Part shown: positions 1 through 12,688 of the stretch, piece by piece
Layout: every line of letters begins with the position of its first letter
How positions within the stretch are numbered: position 1 is the first letter of the stretch
Assembly: GCA_951406725.2 (NCBI GenBank)
Contig: OX597822.1
Location: forward strand, 8,990,001 to 9,054,000
Length of the DNA stretch: 64,000 bases
Direction: 5' to 3'
Source: Octopus vulgaris
Taxonomy: Eukaryota
Made by a program: the position numbers and the translations under genes
Notes under the pieces: model-generated
Told to the model about the DNA's origin: nothing
Seen by the model: the letters and a program-made list of their open reading frames with translations, nothing else
Databases searched by the model: none

Positions 1-640
1 GCTTCTGACAACCGAACACGATCACATATATTACATATCCAATATTCATTGTTGATTAGAGTACCGAATGTTCCTTTGCGACAGGCCCTTTTAAGCTCAG
101 AGTGCTGAATCATCTTTTCCTCCCTGGCATTACAGCACCCCTACACTTGTTCCGATCTAGAACATCATTTTCAAATCACTTCATATCTAGTTTCTTCAGG
201 TTCTCCTTCACACAGTTTTTATAACTTTTCCTCGGCTTATGTTGTGGTCGCTTACCAGAGCTGAGCTTACCATAAAAAAAAGACGCTTTGGCAATCGCTT
301 CTCTTTCCTTCCAATAACATGTCCAGTTCATCTCATTTGAGCCAACACAACATGTTATTCAATTGAGCTACATAGTGCCATGCGCAAGAATTCTGTACCT
401 GGTATGAAATATTCCCACGTGACTCCTAAGAATACATCTGAGGCACTTTTGATGGAATCTCTCAAGCATTTTTATACGACGTGTGTAAGTGGTTCACTTC
501 TCACTTGAATAAAGAAGTGCAGTCAATACACACGCCTTATGGACATTGATTTTTGTCTGCAGGGAAATACCTCTATCTGCTCATCCTCGCTTTTTGAGCT
601 TTCCAAATACAACACTTCCTTTCCCTATTCGATAGTATAT
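1..640 (-). mobile_element. RTE/BovB-like LINE, decayed RT C-terminal region and zinc finger
   Basis: Manual minus-strand translation gives RTE-type motifs (ERFHQKCLRCILGVTW, GHVIG..RLPKR..YGKLSSGKRP, WICNICDR) with stops and frameshifts. Confidence 0.75.
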
Positions 641-647
641 ATCTTAG

Positions 648-1025
648 TGGAGGCGCAATAGCCCAGTGGTTAGGGCAGCGGACTCACGGTCATAGGATCG
701 CGGTTTCGATTCCCAGACCGGGCGTTGTGAGTGTTTATTGAGCGAAAACACCTAAAGCGCCACGAGGCTCCGGCAGGGATGGTGGTGAACCCTGCTGTAT
801 TCTTTCACTACTACTTTTTCTCACTCTTACTTCCTGTTTCTGTTGTACCTGTATTTCAAGGGGCCGGCCTTGTCACTCTCTGTGTCACGCTGAATATCCC
901 CGAGAACTACGTTAAGGGTACACGTGTCTGTGAAGTGCTCAGCCACTTACACGTTAATTTCCCGAGCAGGCTGTTCCGTTGATTCTGATCAACCGGAACC
1001 CTCGTCGTCATAACCGACGGAGTAC
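648..1025 (+). mobile_element. tRNA-derived SINE (head A plus tail shared with 19436 copy)
   Basis: A-box-like TAGCCCAGTGG and B-box-like GTTTCGATTCC; 3' ~170 bp nearly identical to 19580-19752. Confidence 0.8.
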
Positions 1026-1179
1026 TTCCAAAATCCAGTATATATCTGCATCAAGACCATCATCTCTTGACAGTGTGCTTTACAGGGTGCTTCCAAGTTA
1101 AATATATACATACATAGATACATACATACATGCATACATACATACACAGCCAGAGTGAGAATTAGAAAGAGAGATAGAA

Positions 1180-2072
1180 TACGAAGGGGTATCCAAAGGA
1201 GACCGAAATATTGCAATATTATTTTATTCACTTAGTTATACATGTTTACACTTCTATCGCCTTCAAAGTATTCTTCATTTGAAGCAAAGCATCGGTCCAG
1301 ACGCGTTTTCCACTGTTCGAAGTTGTCCTGGAACTCATACGAAGGGATGCCTTTTAATGCCTCCATCGGTTTTTTTTTCTCCTTTTCTAAATCTGAAAAA
1401 CGTTTTCCTTTAAAAACTTTTTTCATTCAGGGAAACAAAAAAAGTTGCAGGGAGCCATATCAACTGGCAGTTCACGACACGAATTCAGTCCTGATCGCTT
1501 TTGATCCCCCGTGAGCAAGCGAGGCACAAATTTTTGCTGCAACTCATTTCATCCAGAATTCCTCGCTCAAGCTTCGTTGGCTAGAGCCCCAAGACACACC
1601 AGTCATATCAACAAGTTTGACATCTGTTCGGCGACGGTCCTTCAAGATCAGATCATGAACTTTCCTGATGTCTTCATTCGCTTGGGAGGTCGACGTTCGT
1701 CCTGAACGTGGTTAGTTTTCAAGCGAAAAGTGACCATTCCTAAAGCGAGAAAACTTGTAAACTTGTGTTTTGCTCATGCCAATGTCCTTGTAAGCTATCT
1801 GAATCATGATAACTACTTCGGCCGCCGTTTGCCCCAGCAGGAAACAGAATTTCACAGAAGTACGTTGTTCCTTCGTTTCAGCCATCTCAAAGAATCTAAA
1901 AAACAAGGGAGAAGCACTACAAACCAAAGACGCACTGACTGAAACCAACCATGCCGGTCGACAGACCGATGCCTGAGGGTTGCATCAAGTGACTTCTAGC
2001 GGCGGTAACCTGAACTACAACGGGCTCGCCTCACAGAGAATATTTCCTATTACTTTTGGGTAACTCCTCGTA
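1180..2072 (-). mobile_element. Internally deleted mariner transposon
   Basis: ORF pieces MAETKEQRTSVKFCFLLG.. (HTH) and ..FEQWKTRLDRCFASNEEYFEGD (mariner C-terminus); imperfect TIRs TACGAAGGGGTATCCAAAGG / TACGAGGAGTTACCCAAAAG with TA ends. Confidence 0.85.
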
Positions 2073-2554
2073 TATACGCGTACACACATTATTATCTTTT
2101 ATCTTTTACTTGTTTCATGCGATCGCGGCCATGCTTCAAAGAATTTTAGTCGAACGAATCAACCGTTGTATTTATAATTTTAAGCCTGGTATTTATTCTT
2201 GTCATGTGTATGTGCGTGTGTCTGCGTTTGTGGGGTAGTGCCTGTGTGTATGTGTGTGTGTGTTCATGAGAATATCGATTTTCTTTACTCTGAGTTCAAA
2301 TGCCATCGATGTCCACTTTATCCTCTGTGGATCGACAGAGTCCCGGTCAAGTGGAGTTTATTCTTCTCCAGGTCCCTTCCTATCTCTTTCTCTCTTTCTC
2401 GTTATCCCTCTCTTTCTCTCCCTCTCTCTCTCTCTCTTTCTCTTTCTCCTCCTTCTCTCTGTACCTACCTACCTATCTAAGCACTTTACTCGACGTGCTT
2501 ACTGTTCTGCCAGCTCATCGCGCTGATTAAAATAAATATTAGATTCAAATTTTA

Positions 2555-2745
2555 ACACAAGACCAGCAATTTCATGAGAGGTGGGTAAGTCGATTCCATC
2601 GACCCCAGTAACCAACCGGTACTTATTTTATCGACTGCTAAATGATGAAAGGTAAAGTCAAACTGAGTAGAATTTAAAAGACGGATGAAATATCACCAAG
2701 CATTTTCCTCGGCACACTAATAATTTTGCAACCTCTCTGCCTTAG
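2555..2745 (-). mobile_element. Decayed short SINE (related pieces at ~5850-5980, 41100-41265, 47085-47235, 53115-53280)
   Basis: Shared AAGTCGA..ATCGACCCCAGT..GGTACTTATTTTATCGAC..AAAGTC block recurring in the window. Confidence 0.55.
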
Positions 2746-3006
2746 AACAAAATAAATATGAATATCGGTACAAACTACAGGCTGTAATCAACTAAAATGA
2801 TTTGAATGTGCAGCGATAGTATACCTGAAGGCCAAGGATTGAAAGAACAAACTGAATCGAAGGAGACATAGTAGACTAATAATTAAACGTACCTATTAAG
2901 TTTTAACTATTTTCGCATAACATTATTTCTTGTTGCTTAGCTTCAAGCATATAACCAAAGGCATTCCAGACAAGAGTCTCCTATTATTTTGTCATATTTT
3001 TTTTTC

Positions 3007-3400
3007 TCTTTTACTTGTTTCAGTTATTTGACTGCGGCCATGCTGGAGAACCTCCTTTAGTCGAGCAACTCGACCCCGGGACTTATTCTTTGTAAGCCCA
3101 GTACTTATTCTATCGGTCTCTTTCGCCAAACCGCTAAGTGACGGGGACGTAAACAAACCAGCATCGGTTGTCAAGCAATGGTAGGAGGACAAACACAGAC
3201 ACACAAACACACACGCACACACACACATATATATATATATATACATATATACGACGGGCTTCTTTCAGTTTCCACTCACAAGGCTTTGGTCAGCCTGTGA
3301 CTATGGTAGAAGACACTTTCCCAAGGTGCCACGCCGTGGGACTGAACCCGGAACCATGTGGTTGGTAAACAAGCTACTTACCAGACAGCCACTCCTGCGC
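3007..3400 (-). mobile_element. ~400-bp tRNA-derived SINE family S1 (internal TA/CA microsatellite, GTAAAAGA tail)
   Basis: Near-identical to at least nine other copies; head GGCGCAGGAGTGGCTGTGTGGTAAG..GGTTCAGTCCC, CORE-like CTTGGGCAAGTGTCTTCT. Confidence 0.85.
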
Positions 3401-4255
3401 ATATGAGTATTGTTTGTTGTATTTTAAGATGGTGAAATGTAATTTGAGGATGTATTGGTTGCTATCTCTAACAGCTTTTTCGACAACGCTAAAGACTTCT
3501 AAGATATTTCAATATTTTTCTTGGTAGTTTAGAGAAGTATTTAATAATTAACTTGCCAAAGTGTAGTAATAAATAGTTGAGTGCGAAGCTCTGTTTTGTC
3601 TTTGACATTTCCTGTTAATGTAAAGAAGCCATTACTTCTCAGTGAAAAGACCAGTGAAAGAAATCTTCAGATACGTCGTATTATCTCATGTTCATAAACA
3701 TGGTACACACTCTAGCTCTCTTTATACTTAATAACAGGTGAAATTTCCGATTATCTTTCATTTACTTTTAATGAGATTCTATAATTTTCAAAACACTATT
3801 AATAAGCCTGAAGAAAGCAGCATTAATTCTAACCTAGATACATGTTATATAGGAAAAATATGCTAGCCTAGTATTATAACAAATCTTGAATTAATGTAAT
3901 TGATATTGAAATCTATTGCAGAAAGCTTCCGATGTTCGCGTTTGGGCAACGGAATGGTTTTTATTTTTATATTAAATATATATCTATCTGTAATATCATC
4001 TTCAGGATATGAATGCTGAGGACTCCTCCCGAATTCGAAGTCTCCATTCCTTGTCTTTCAAACTTTTATTTCCTGGGTACATTTCACGTGGACTAGTGAG
4101 GTGGTCATGTGCTCCTTGTCAAGCGAAAATCGAGGCTTCCACTTCACCATCACAAGCCTCTACTCGTTCGTCAAACAATTTACATCTTGTACAGAGTGCA
4201 TGCTAGCATGTGCCAGGATCCTATTTCAGATACGATGTGACCGATCCTTTCATTA

Positions 4256-4658
4256 TCTTTATATATAAAAGTGAGGTTGTGTGCTGCCTGTCTCCTACGA
4301 TTTAGATTCCTAACTACGCCCACATTTTGCGGTGCAGTTTAACCAAAACCGGGTATCTTATAGTCGTGATTCATATCGAGCCCTTCTGAGTATTAGCGCG
4401 CGTCTACGATGAGTCTACGATTTTAAAAAAATTTACCATCAATTTTTCCCTTTTTTAATGCATTTTTGGCATATATAAGGGAAGTAACTCTCTAAAAATT
4501 TATTATTAAATCTCAGAACGTAAAAAGCTACAGTAACCCTCCCCCCCCCATCCTTTGTGGTTAGCCACATTGAGATGGCTATTATACTTTACATCTCTAA
4601 AAATGCTTATATAGTTATTTCCCTTACAAACCCGAGCAACGCCGGGCGATACTGCTAG
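4256..4658 (+). mobile_element. Non-autonomous Helitron (family H1)
   Basis: 5' TC, 3' CTAG, subterminal hairpin CCCGAGCAACGCCGGG, inserted between A and T with no TSD; copies at 28544, 7734 and 6735. Confidence 0.8.
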
Positions 4659-4899
4659 TTGTATATAAACGAAATAAAGTACTGAAAACTGTTTTATGTT
4701 TTCTAGATAAGCATATAAATGAACAAATATGCATAACTATTATAAGCATATAGACACTTGCTGAACAAAAACACCTTCTATTAATAGGTGTAGCGTTTGC
4801 TTATGAAATCCGTTCGTAGAGATTATTTAGGATTTATAGTTTCTTTTATATATATTATGTCGATCATTGTGTGAATTACATAATAGTGGTTTTTCTCTA

Positions 4900-4959
<60 letters not shown>

Positions 4960-5088
4960 TTATTATTTACTATTTTGCACATTACTTAATCATTGTTATA
5001 TGTTTTATATTATAAGATGTAATTTTTCTAAGTAATGGTATAATTTAATTTTTCATTATTGAGTTGATAAAAGGTGTTTTTTTTCTAA

Positions 5089-5134
<46 letters not shown>

Positions 5135-5140
<6 letters not shown>

Positions 5141-5853
5141 GCTTATATATTTGTTGTGCAAGATTTTTTATGTGAAGACGTGTGTTGAAACAGATACTGT
5201 TATATTTCGGAATGGTCATTTTGCCAGTTTAGCCAATAAAATCACACGCACTATATACTTGGTGTTACTTTGCTTCAGTGTTATTTATTTTTTACATTAA
5301 TTTTAATCTTATTTCGGCCAGAGTTCTTTCGTCACACTCCTGTGACCGCATCAGTGGTCCTTTGTTTTCTTTTTTCTTATTTGTGTGTCTCTCCTTACTA
5401 ACGGTCAGTCAATTTGTATTCCTATTGTATAAACCTAGAAAATAAACCTAGCCTGAATAGAAAATTAGAATGGAAGAATAGCACACACCACAACATATGA
5501 CGGTAGAGGATCCCGAAAACATAATAAATACACAGATAAATAAACAAATAGAAATAAATAAGTATATATATTTTTATTTATTTATTATTATTATTACTAG
5601 TATTGTTGTTATACATACATACATACAAGCATATGTAATGATAATAATAAAGGGATGTAAACACATGAACAAAATAAGAATAAACAAAAACAACAACAAA
5701 AACAAATTACATGAACGTATATAAACAGAAGATACAAATATTACAGGCATCCCCCCACACACTAAATAAACATAGACGCACACAGAGATATAAGCATACG
5801 CAAATGAAGACATACAATAGGAATACAAAATGACTGACCGTTAGTAAGGAGAG
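5135..5853. mobile_element. Penelope-like pLTR remnant with short inverted arms
   Basis: 42-bp inverted repeat 5389-5430 / 5812-5853, begins at (TA)n, partial hammerhead-like core on the minus strand near 5310-5357. Confidence 0.45.
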
Positions 5854-6044
5854 GTCGACTTTGCCTTTCATCCTCTCGGGGTCGATAAATAAAGTACCAG
5901 TTTCGCACTGGGTCAATGTAATCGACTTAATCCCTTTGTCTATCCTTGTTTGTCCCCTCTATGTTTGTGGGTAATAAAGAAATATATATGTATGTATGTA
6001 TGCATGTATGTAAAATATGAGAGAAAGAAAATGGAATTCACGAG

Positions 6045-6165
6045 ATTCTCTATTACAAGCCACAGCGATTGTTTCGATCTATCACTGATCGATACCTCGT
6101 AGGTGAAATTTCTGTAAGAAAGAGCTGTGATGCACCGTAGGTACAAATAGTCTTCCCGGATGAAT
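6045..6165 (-). ncRNA. Decayed hammerhead/pLTR copy homologous to 62481-62586
   Basis: Minus strand ..GATCGAAACAATCGCTGTGG..AATCTCGTG aligns with ..GTCGAAACAATTGCAGTGA..ATTCTCGTG at 62.5 kb. Confidence 0.4.
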
Positions 6166-6734
6166 TCCAAAATTTGATGTGTGAAAAGTCACATGAAGAG
6201 TCGAATGATGTGTCCCTTAAAATATACATATGTTTGCATATATGTGTATACATATGCATGTGTGTGTGTATGTGCGTGTGTGTTTCTATTTAATATCTTT
6301 TATCCAGAAGTAACATGCGAGCTAAAACAAACATATTGTATGCGAAATTAGAGATATAAATATTTGATAATAGATTCGTATCAAATACCTTAAATGAAAG
6401 AAAAAAATAGATAAATCTTTGCTTTCTGCATTTGAAAATATCCAAGCACCCGTTTGCATAGATCCGTAATAGCACAATACTAAAGAAACTTGCCTAACTT
6501 TTACGGGGAAATTTGAAATTTTACGCTTATAATTAACAATAGACTTTATATTTTAAATCGTATTTTACAGCACTGAGAAGTAGATTAAGTTTATTCAGAG
6601 CCTGCGTCGCTGTCTTCTTAGCGTGTGGCTTTCTCAGCTGCCAGAGCTGCCAGAGCTGCGAACATGATGTCTTCCAGAACAGGTGAATTCATTTGCGGCA
6701 TTTGAAGTGTTTTGCTTGGAAGCTTCTTTGTCGA

Positions 6735-6836
6735 TTTTTAATGCATTTTTTTGCTATTTTTTGGCTATAACTCTCTAAAAATGCTTATATAGTTATTTCT
6801 CTTACAAACCCGAGCAACGCCGGGCGATACTGCTAG
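6735..6836 (+). mobile_element. Helitron H1 3' fragment
   Basis: CCCGAGCAACGCCGGGCGATACTGCTAG terminus followed by (TA)n. Confidence 0.7.
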
Positions 6837-6918
6837 TATATATATATATATATATATATATAACATTATTGGTGAATTGAAGAAATGGAGCTGAACGCAG
6901 ATTGAACAGAAATCGTTT

Positions 6919-7012
6919 TATTTCATTCTACACGTGTTTCGAAAGGCACAAATTACCAAAATCCGATGGAATAATGGGACCATATTGTGTCTTTCTCTTC
7001 AGGAAGAAAATA
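6919..7012 (-). ncRNA. Type I hammerhead ribozyme
   Basis: Minus strand: stem I TATTTTCTTC, CTGAAGA, stem II GAAAGACACAA..TTGTGCCTTTC, GAAA, palindromic ACACGTGT, GUA triplet, GAATGAAATA. Confidence 0.75.
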
Positions 7013-7139
7013 GGAAATCCGTTGGAAAAACAAAAACAGAACAGAGGCGGAGCAAAAACAAATCGAACTATGCTCCTAAGAGCCCATGGCGAAACTTTTG
7101 ATTAATCTACTACAAGATTATTCATCTTTCTATTTCACA

Positions 7140-7220
<81 letters not shown>

Positions 7221-7733
7221 TTAAATATATATATATATATATATGTATTTAAATATATGAGTTTATTCAGATATAGTTTCGTTTATGTCAACACTTAACA
7301 GCTTTTATTCATAAATATATGTGTGTGTTTCTTTGTTTCTGTTTCAGCTTGGAAATCTATACCGTACACTTGAATTAGCATAAAATATGTTGAGCTTGAC
7401 ATATCAATTGTTATTGAATTGTTCCTGTCGAAACACAATAGCCATTCCTTTTCCAGTGTATCTTTAGCGATGTATTTCCTTAGCTAGTGATGTGTTATTT
7501 GGGTTATTCCCTCAGTGAAATTGATACACCATCAGATAATTGTTGCTTTCTCAACCTCTACATTACCTTTCATTCAAGATTTAAATCGCAGCTAGACATG
7601 TAAATTTAGTCTAATCAATAATGAAGCAGTTACCATGCACACAACAAGGCGAAATGATCTGAAAGTATTTTCTTTCTTCTTTTAGTTTTGTTGAATAGAA
7701 AGTGAGCTCACGTTCTATATATATATATATATA

Positions 7734-8125
7734 CTAGCAGTATCGTCCGGCGTTGCTCAGGTTTGTAAGGGAAATAACTATATAAGCATTTTTAGAGAGT
7801 TATAGCCAAAAAATAGCAAAAAAATGCATTAAAAATGGAAAAAAAATTATGGTAAATTTTTTTTTAAATCGTTGACTCATCGTAGACATTTTTAGAGAGT
7901 TACTTTCCTTATATAATAGCGAAAAATGCATTAAAATGGGAAAAAAACGATGGTAAATTTTTTTAAAATCGTAGTCTCATCGGAGACGCGCGCTAATACC
8001 CAGAAGGGCTCGATATGAATCACGACTATAAGATACCCGCTTTTGGTTAAACTGCACCGCAAAATGTGGAAGTAGTTAGGAATCTAAATCGTAGTAGACA
8101 GACACCACACAACTTCACTTATATA
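7734..8125 (-). mobile_element. Helitron H1 copy with internal partial duplication
   Basis: Reverse complement of the 4256-4658 element; CTAG end at 7734 inside (TA)n. Confidence 0.75.
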
Positions 8126-8154
8126 TTTATATATATATATATATATATATATAA

Positions 8155-8382
8155 CCGGGCGTTGTGTGTGTCTATTGAGCGAAAACACCTGAAAGCTCCA
8201 CGAGGCAGGGTGTGATGGGGACTCTGGTTGTACTCTTTCGCCACAACTTTCACTCCTCTCTCTCTTCCTGTTTCTTGGGTAACGCTGCAGTGGACTGGTG
8301 TCCCGTCCAGGTGGGGGGAACACATACGCCACAGAAACCGGGAAACCGGGCCCATGAGCCTGGCTAAGCTTGAAAAGAGCGA
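8155..8382 (+). mobile_element. 5'-truncated SINE with head-A body and V-domain-like tail
   Basis: First ~110 bp match 717-840; then GTGGACTGGTGTCCCGTCCAGG..AGAAACCGGGAAACCGG; related minus copy at ~30045-30300. Confidence 0.6.
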
Positions 8383-8404
8383 CGTTTATTGTTATATATA
8401 TATA

Positions 8405-8810
8405 GGCGCAGGAGTGGCTGTGTAGTAAGTAGCTTGCTTACCAACCACATGGTTCCGGGTTCAGTCCCACTGCGTGGCATCTTGGGCAAGTGTCTTCTGC
8501 TATAGCCTTTGGCCGACCAATGCCTTGTGAGTGGATTTGGTAGACGGAAACTGAAAGAAGCCTGTCGTATATATGTATATATATATATTGACATGTATGT
8601 TTGTGTGTCTGTGTTTGTCCTCCCACCATCGCTTGACAACCGATGCTGGTGTGTTTACGTCCCCGTCAGCTAGCGGTTCGGCAAAAAGAAACCGATAGAA
8701 TAAGTACTGGGCTTACAAAGAATAAGTCCCGGGGTCGATCTGCTCGACTAAAGGTGGTGCTCCAGCATGGCCGCAGTCAAATGACTGAAACAAGTAAAAG
8801 AGTAAAAGAG

Positions 8811-8812
<2 letters not shown>
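8405..8812 (+). mobile_element. SINE family S1, full length
   Basis: GGCGCAGGAGTGGCTG head to (GTAAAAGA)2 tail. Confidence 0.9.
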
Positions 8813-8844
<32 letters not shown>

Positions 8845-8848
<4 letters not shown>

Positions 8849-9123
8849 TGGTGACCCCCTTCGGTCAGACACTGACCATGGGTTTGCACTTAGAGAGTTA
8901 CCCTCCGAGGCACAAGTCTGGGCAAGGTTGTTTTTTACGGAAGACCAGCAGTCGCCCATGCATACCGGCCTCCCCTCTCCACGTCACCGATGTTGTCCAA
9001 GGGAAAGGCAAAGGTCGATACAGCTTGGCACCTGTGACGTCGCAACTCATTTCTACAGCTGAGTGAACTGGAGCAACGTGAAATAAAGTGTCTTGCTCAA
9101 GAACACAACACGCAGCCCGGTCC
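8845..9123 (-). mobile_element. SINE with head-B body and a different tail (also ~35570-35800 +)
   Basis: GTTGTGTTCTTGAGCAAGACACTTTATTTCACGTTGCTCCAG block shared with 19507-19570; tail shared with 35655-35800. Confidence 0.7.
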
Positions 9124-9698
9124 GATATATATATATATATATATATCCATATGCGAGGCAGATTCTCGTGGGGCTTGCACGCATATATATAAAAAACCAA
9201 ATGAACATTCACGCTATCACGGTTACCGTCGGAGCAGGCGTATTTATCAAAGCAAGTCTGTTTGCATATGTATTCATGTATATATGCATGCTTTTATATG
9301 CGAACTGTATTTGCGTGATGCTATCTTTACATAAGCACACATATTTATTAATCAGTCAATGAGCGTATGGTACGGGTGCACATTCGTGTAGTGATTTTTG
9401 TGTGTTTTAACTGAAACAAAGTATTTAATTACATCCAAATAAGATTTGAATAGGCTTATAGCATTTTCCGTCACATGTATGATTAAAATCAGTCTTCTAC
9501 TCACATTTTAGTAACCAGAAATATGTCGGATAACTGATAAATTTTATTTAATTTCTAAAAATCATTGTGTCTAGATTCGAAACTTTAAGGATGTGCATTC
9601 ACTACTTTTATCATTCTTTCACTCTCTGTTCTTCCTTCTGACTCATTCTCCATACACTCACACACACACGTGTGTATATGTATATGTATATGGGAGAG

Positions 9699-9767
<69 letters not shown>

Positions 9768-10276
9768 GTATGTATGCACACTCACTCACACACATACGCA
9801 CGCACGCACACACACGCACATACATTGACACACACACACACACACTTATATATTGCTTCCTCTCGGTGTCTACTGCTCTCGCTGTAAGAGGTCGGATATA
9901 ATTCTGTCTAAATAGTTTCCATGTCGGAAAATAGAAAAACATATCGTAATCATACTTTTCAATCAGTAAAACTACAAACAAAGTGATCATCAATGGAATG
10001 AGAGAGAGATCGAATCAGTAATACAAGTCCTTATTAACAGGTAGAAGTTTGATGCGTAATGTTTTCTGTCGTCAGAAAGGATTTTAATTTAGATAACATA
10101 TTATTCATCGGCGAGTTAAGACGGCACTGCAATACATTGGCGTAACGCGGAAGAATATCCTACGCTATGATGTTTTACTCTGCTTAGGGAATCTAGTAAT
10201 CAGAACACCGAGTTCGATAATGCGATTAAACGGTTTAGTAATGATAAATAATACTAATAAATAACAACAACTTGCC

Positions 10277-12080
10277 TTACTAGCTAAAACTAAAACTACT
10301 TACTAAACTAAAACTACTTACTAAAAGTACTTACTAGCTAAAACTAAAACTACTAACAAAAACTAAAACAACTTACTAGCTAAAACTAAAACTACTTACT
10401 AAAGCTACTTGCTAGCTAAAACTAAAACTACTTACTAAAACTAAAACTACTTACTAAAAGTACTTACTAGCTAAAACTAAAACTACTAACTAAAACTACT
10501 TACTAGCTAAAACTAAAACTACTTACTAAAAGTACTTACTAGCTAAAACTAAAACTACTAACTAAAACTAAAACAACTTACTAGCTAAAACTAAAACTAC
10601 TTACTAAAGCTACTTGCTAGCTAAAACTAAAACTACTTACTAAAACTAAAACTACTTACTAAAAGTACTTACTAGCTAAAACTAAAACTACTAACTAAGA
10701 CTAAAACTACTTACTAAAGCTACTTGCTAGCTAAAACTAAAACTAAAACTACTTACTAAAAGTACTTACTAGCTAAAACTAAAACTACTAACTAAAACTA
10801 AAACAACTTACTAGCTAAAACTAAAACTACTTACTAAAGCTACTTACTAAAACTAAAACTACTTACTAAAACTACTTACTAGCTAAAACTAAAACTACTT
10901 ACTAAAAATACTTACTAGCTAAAACTAAAACTACTTACTAAAAGTACTTACTAGCTAAAACTAAAACTACTAACTAAAACTACTTACTAGCTAAAACTAA
11001 AACTACTTACTAAAACTAAAACTACTTACTAAAAGTACTTACTAGCTAAAACTAAAACTACTAACTAAAACTAAAACAACTTACTAGCTAAAACTAAAAC
11101 TACTTACTAAAGCTACTTGCTAGCTAAAACTAAAACTACTTACTAAAACTAAAACTACTAAAACTAAAACTACTTACTAAAAGTACTTACTAGCTAAAAC
11201 TAAAACTAAAACAACTTACTAGCTAAAACTAAAACTACTTACTAAAGCTACTTGCTAGCTAAAACTAAAACTAAAACTACTTACTAAAAGTACTTACTAG
11301 CTAAAACTAAATCTACTAACTAAAACTAAAACAACCTACTAGCTAAAACTAAAACTACTTACTAGCTAAAACTAAAACTACTTACTAAAACTAAAACTAC
11401 TTACTAAAACTACTTACTAGCTAAAACTAAAACTACTTACTAAAACTACTTACTAGCTAAAACTAAAACTACTTACTAAAACTAAAACTACTTACTAAAA
11501 CTACTTACTAGCTAAAACTAAAACTACTTACTAGCTAAAACTAAAACTAAAACTACATACTAAAACTAAAACTACTTACTAGCTAAAACTAAAACTACTT
11601 ACTAAAACTAAAACTACTTACTAGCTAAAACTAAAACTATTTACTAAAACTAAAACTACTTACTAAAACTAAAACTACTTACTAAAACTACTTACTAGCT
11701 AAAACTAAAACTACTTACTAAAACTACTTACTAGCTAAAACTAAAACTACTTACTAAAATTAAAACTACTTACTAAAATTAAAACTACTTACTAAAATTA
11801 AAACTACTTACTAAAATTAAAACTACTTACTAAAACTACTTACTAGCTAAAACTAAAACTACTTACTAAAACTACTTACTAGCTAAAACTAAAACTAAAA
11901 CTACTTACTAAAACTAAAACTACTTACTAGCTAAAACTAAAACTACTTACTAAAACTAAAACTACTTACTAGGTAAAATAATACTGATAAATTTTTTAAA
12001 AATTATAAAATAATACTGATAAATAACAACTTGCCTTACTAGCTAAAACTACTTACTAAAACTACTTACTAGCTAAAACT
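10277..12080. repeat. Minisatellite built from CTAG, CTAAAA and CTACTTA words
   Basis: Directly visible; a 23-nt module CTAGCTAAAACTAAAACTACTTA dominates; bracketed by a duplicated AAATAATACT.ATAAATAACAAC..TTGCCTTACTAGCTAAAACT. Confidence 0.95.
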
Positions 12081-12575
12081 ACCATCCACGTAAGGTAACC
12101 ATGACAACTATGATACCCGTTATGCATGTACGCACAGTTAATTCATTTACATCTAATACGAAACAAAATAGTTTTTACTAGCTGAAATAGTATTAAAACT
12201 AATATTAGTCAGCAATATTTTCTATTTTATGGAAACATACCACTAGTACTGCGTGCGGTGTGTTTGATTATTTTATTACTTTTATCTGCCGGTAATTTTT
12301 GTGCTGTTTTAGATTCTGATTTAATATTATCTAATTCTTTTTTATGAAACGACTACATCATAAATTAGTAGCTTTGATGTTTATTCGGTGGTCTTGATTG
12401 GTTTTTTATTAACTTGAGTGCATATTATTTATTTTTGAAAACTTACTCATTCTCATTATTCTTACGTTCTATGTCAGCTGCATGCTTCCATAGCTTTAGT
12501 CAGAGTACGATGCATCACATCGCTGAACGAGTAGTCTTGTGAATACTCCTTATTACGTCTTCCTTTAGTCTCCAA

Positions 12576-12640
12576 ACTCACGCCATCTTCTACGTTACGG
12601 TTTGTTCTTCTGTAGCAGCATAGCATAGTTCTAGATTTTG
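12576..12640 (-). other. Possible first coding exon (ATG GC followed by GTGAGT donor)
   Basis: Minus strand reads ..CGTAGAAGATGGC|GTGAGT; no downstream exons could be linked. Confidence 0.25.
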
Positions 12641-12688
12641 TCTAGTATAACAATCCCAGAATAAAATGAGCATCATATTTTTCCAGTT

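Noticed and set aside
648-725. tRNA gene (also 19436-19505 and 19030-19080)
   Set aside because: A/B boxes run directly into repeated SINE bodies; no complete cloverleaf followed by a terminator.
5300-5360. Complete hammerhead on the minus strand
   Set aside because: Core is CUGAUGC and no stem I partner or convincing stem III follows GAAA.
10277-12080. CRISPR array or telomeric repeat
   Set aside because: No unique spacers, eukaryotic context, and the words are not TTAGGG.
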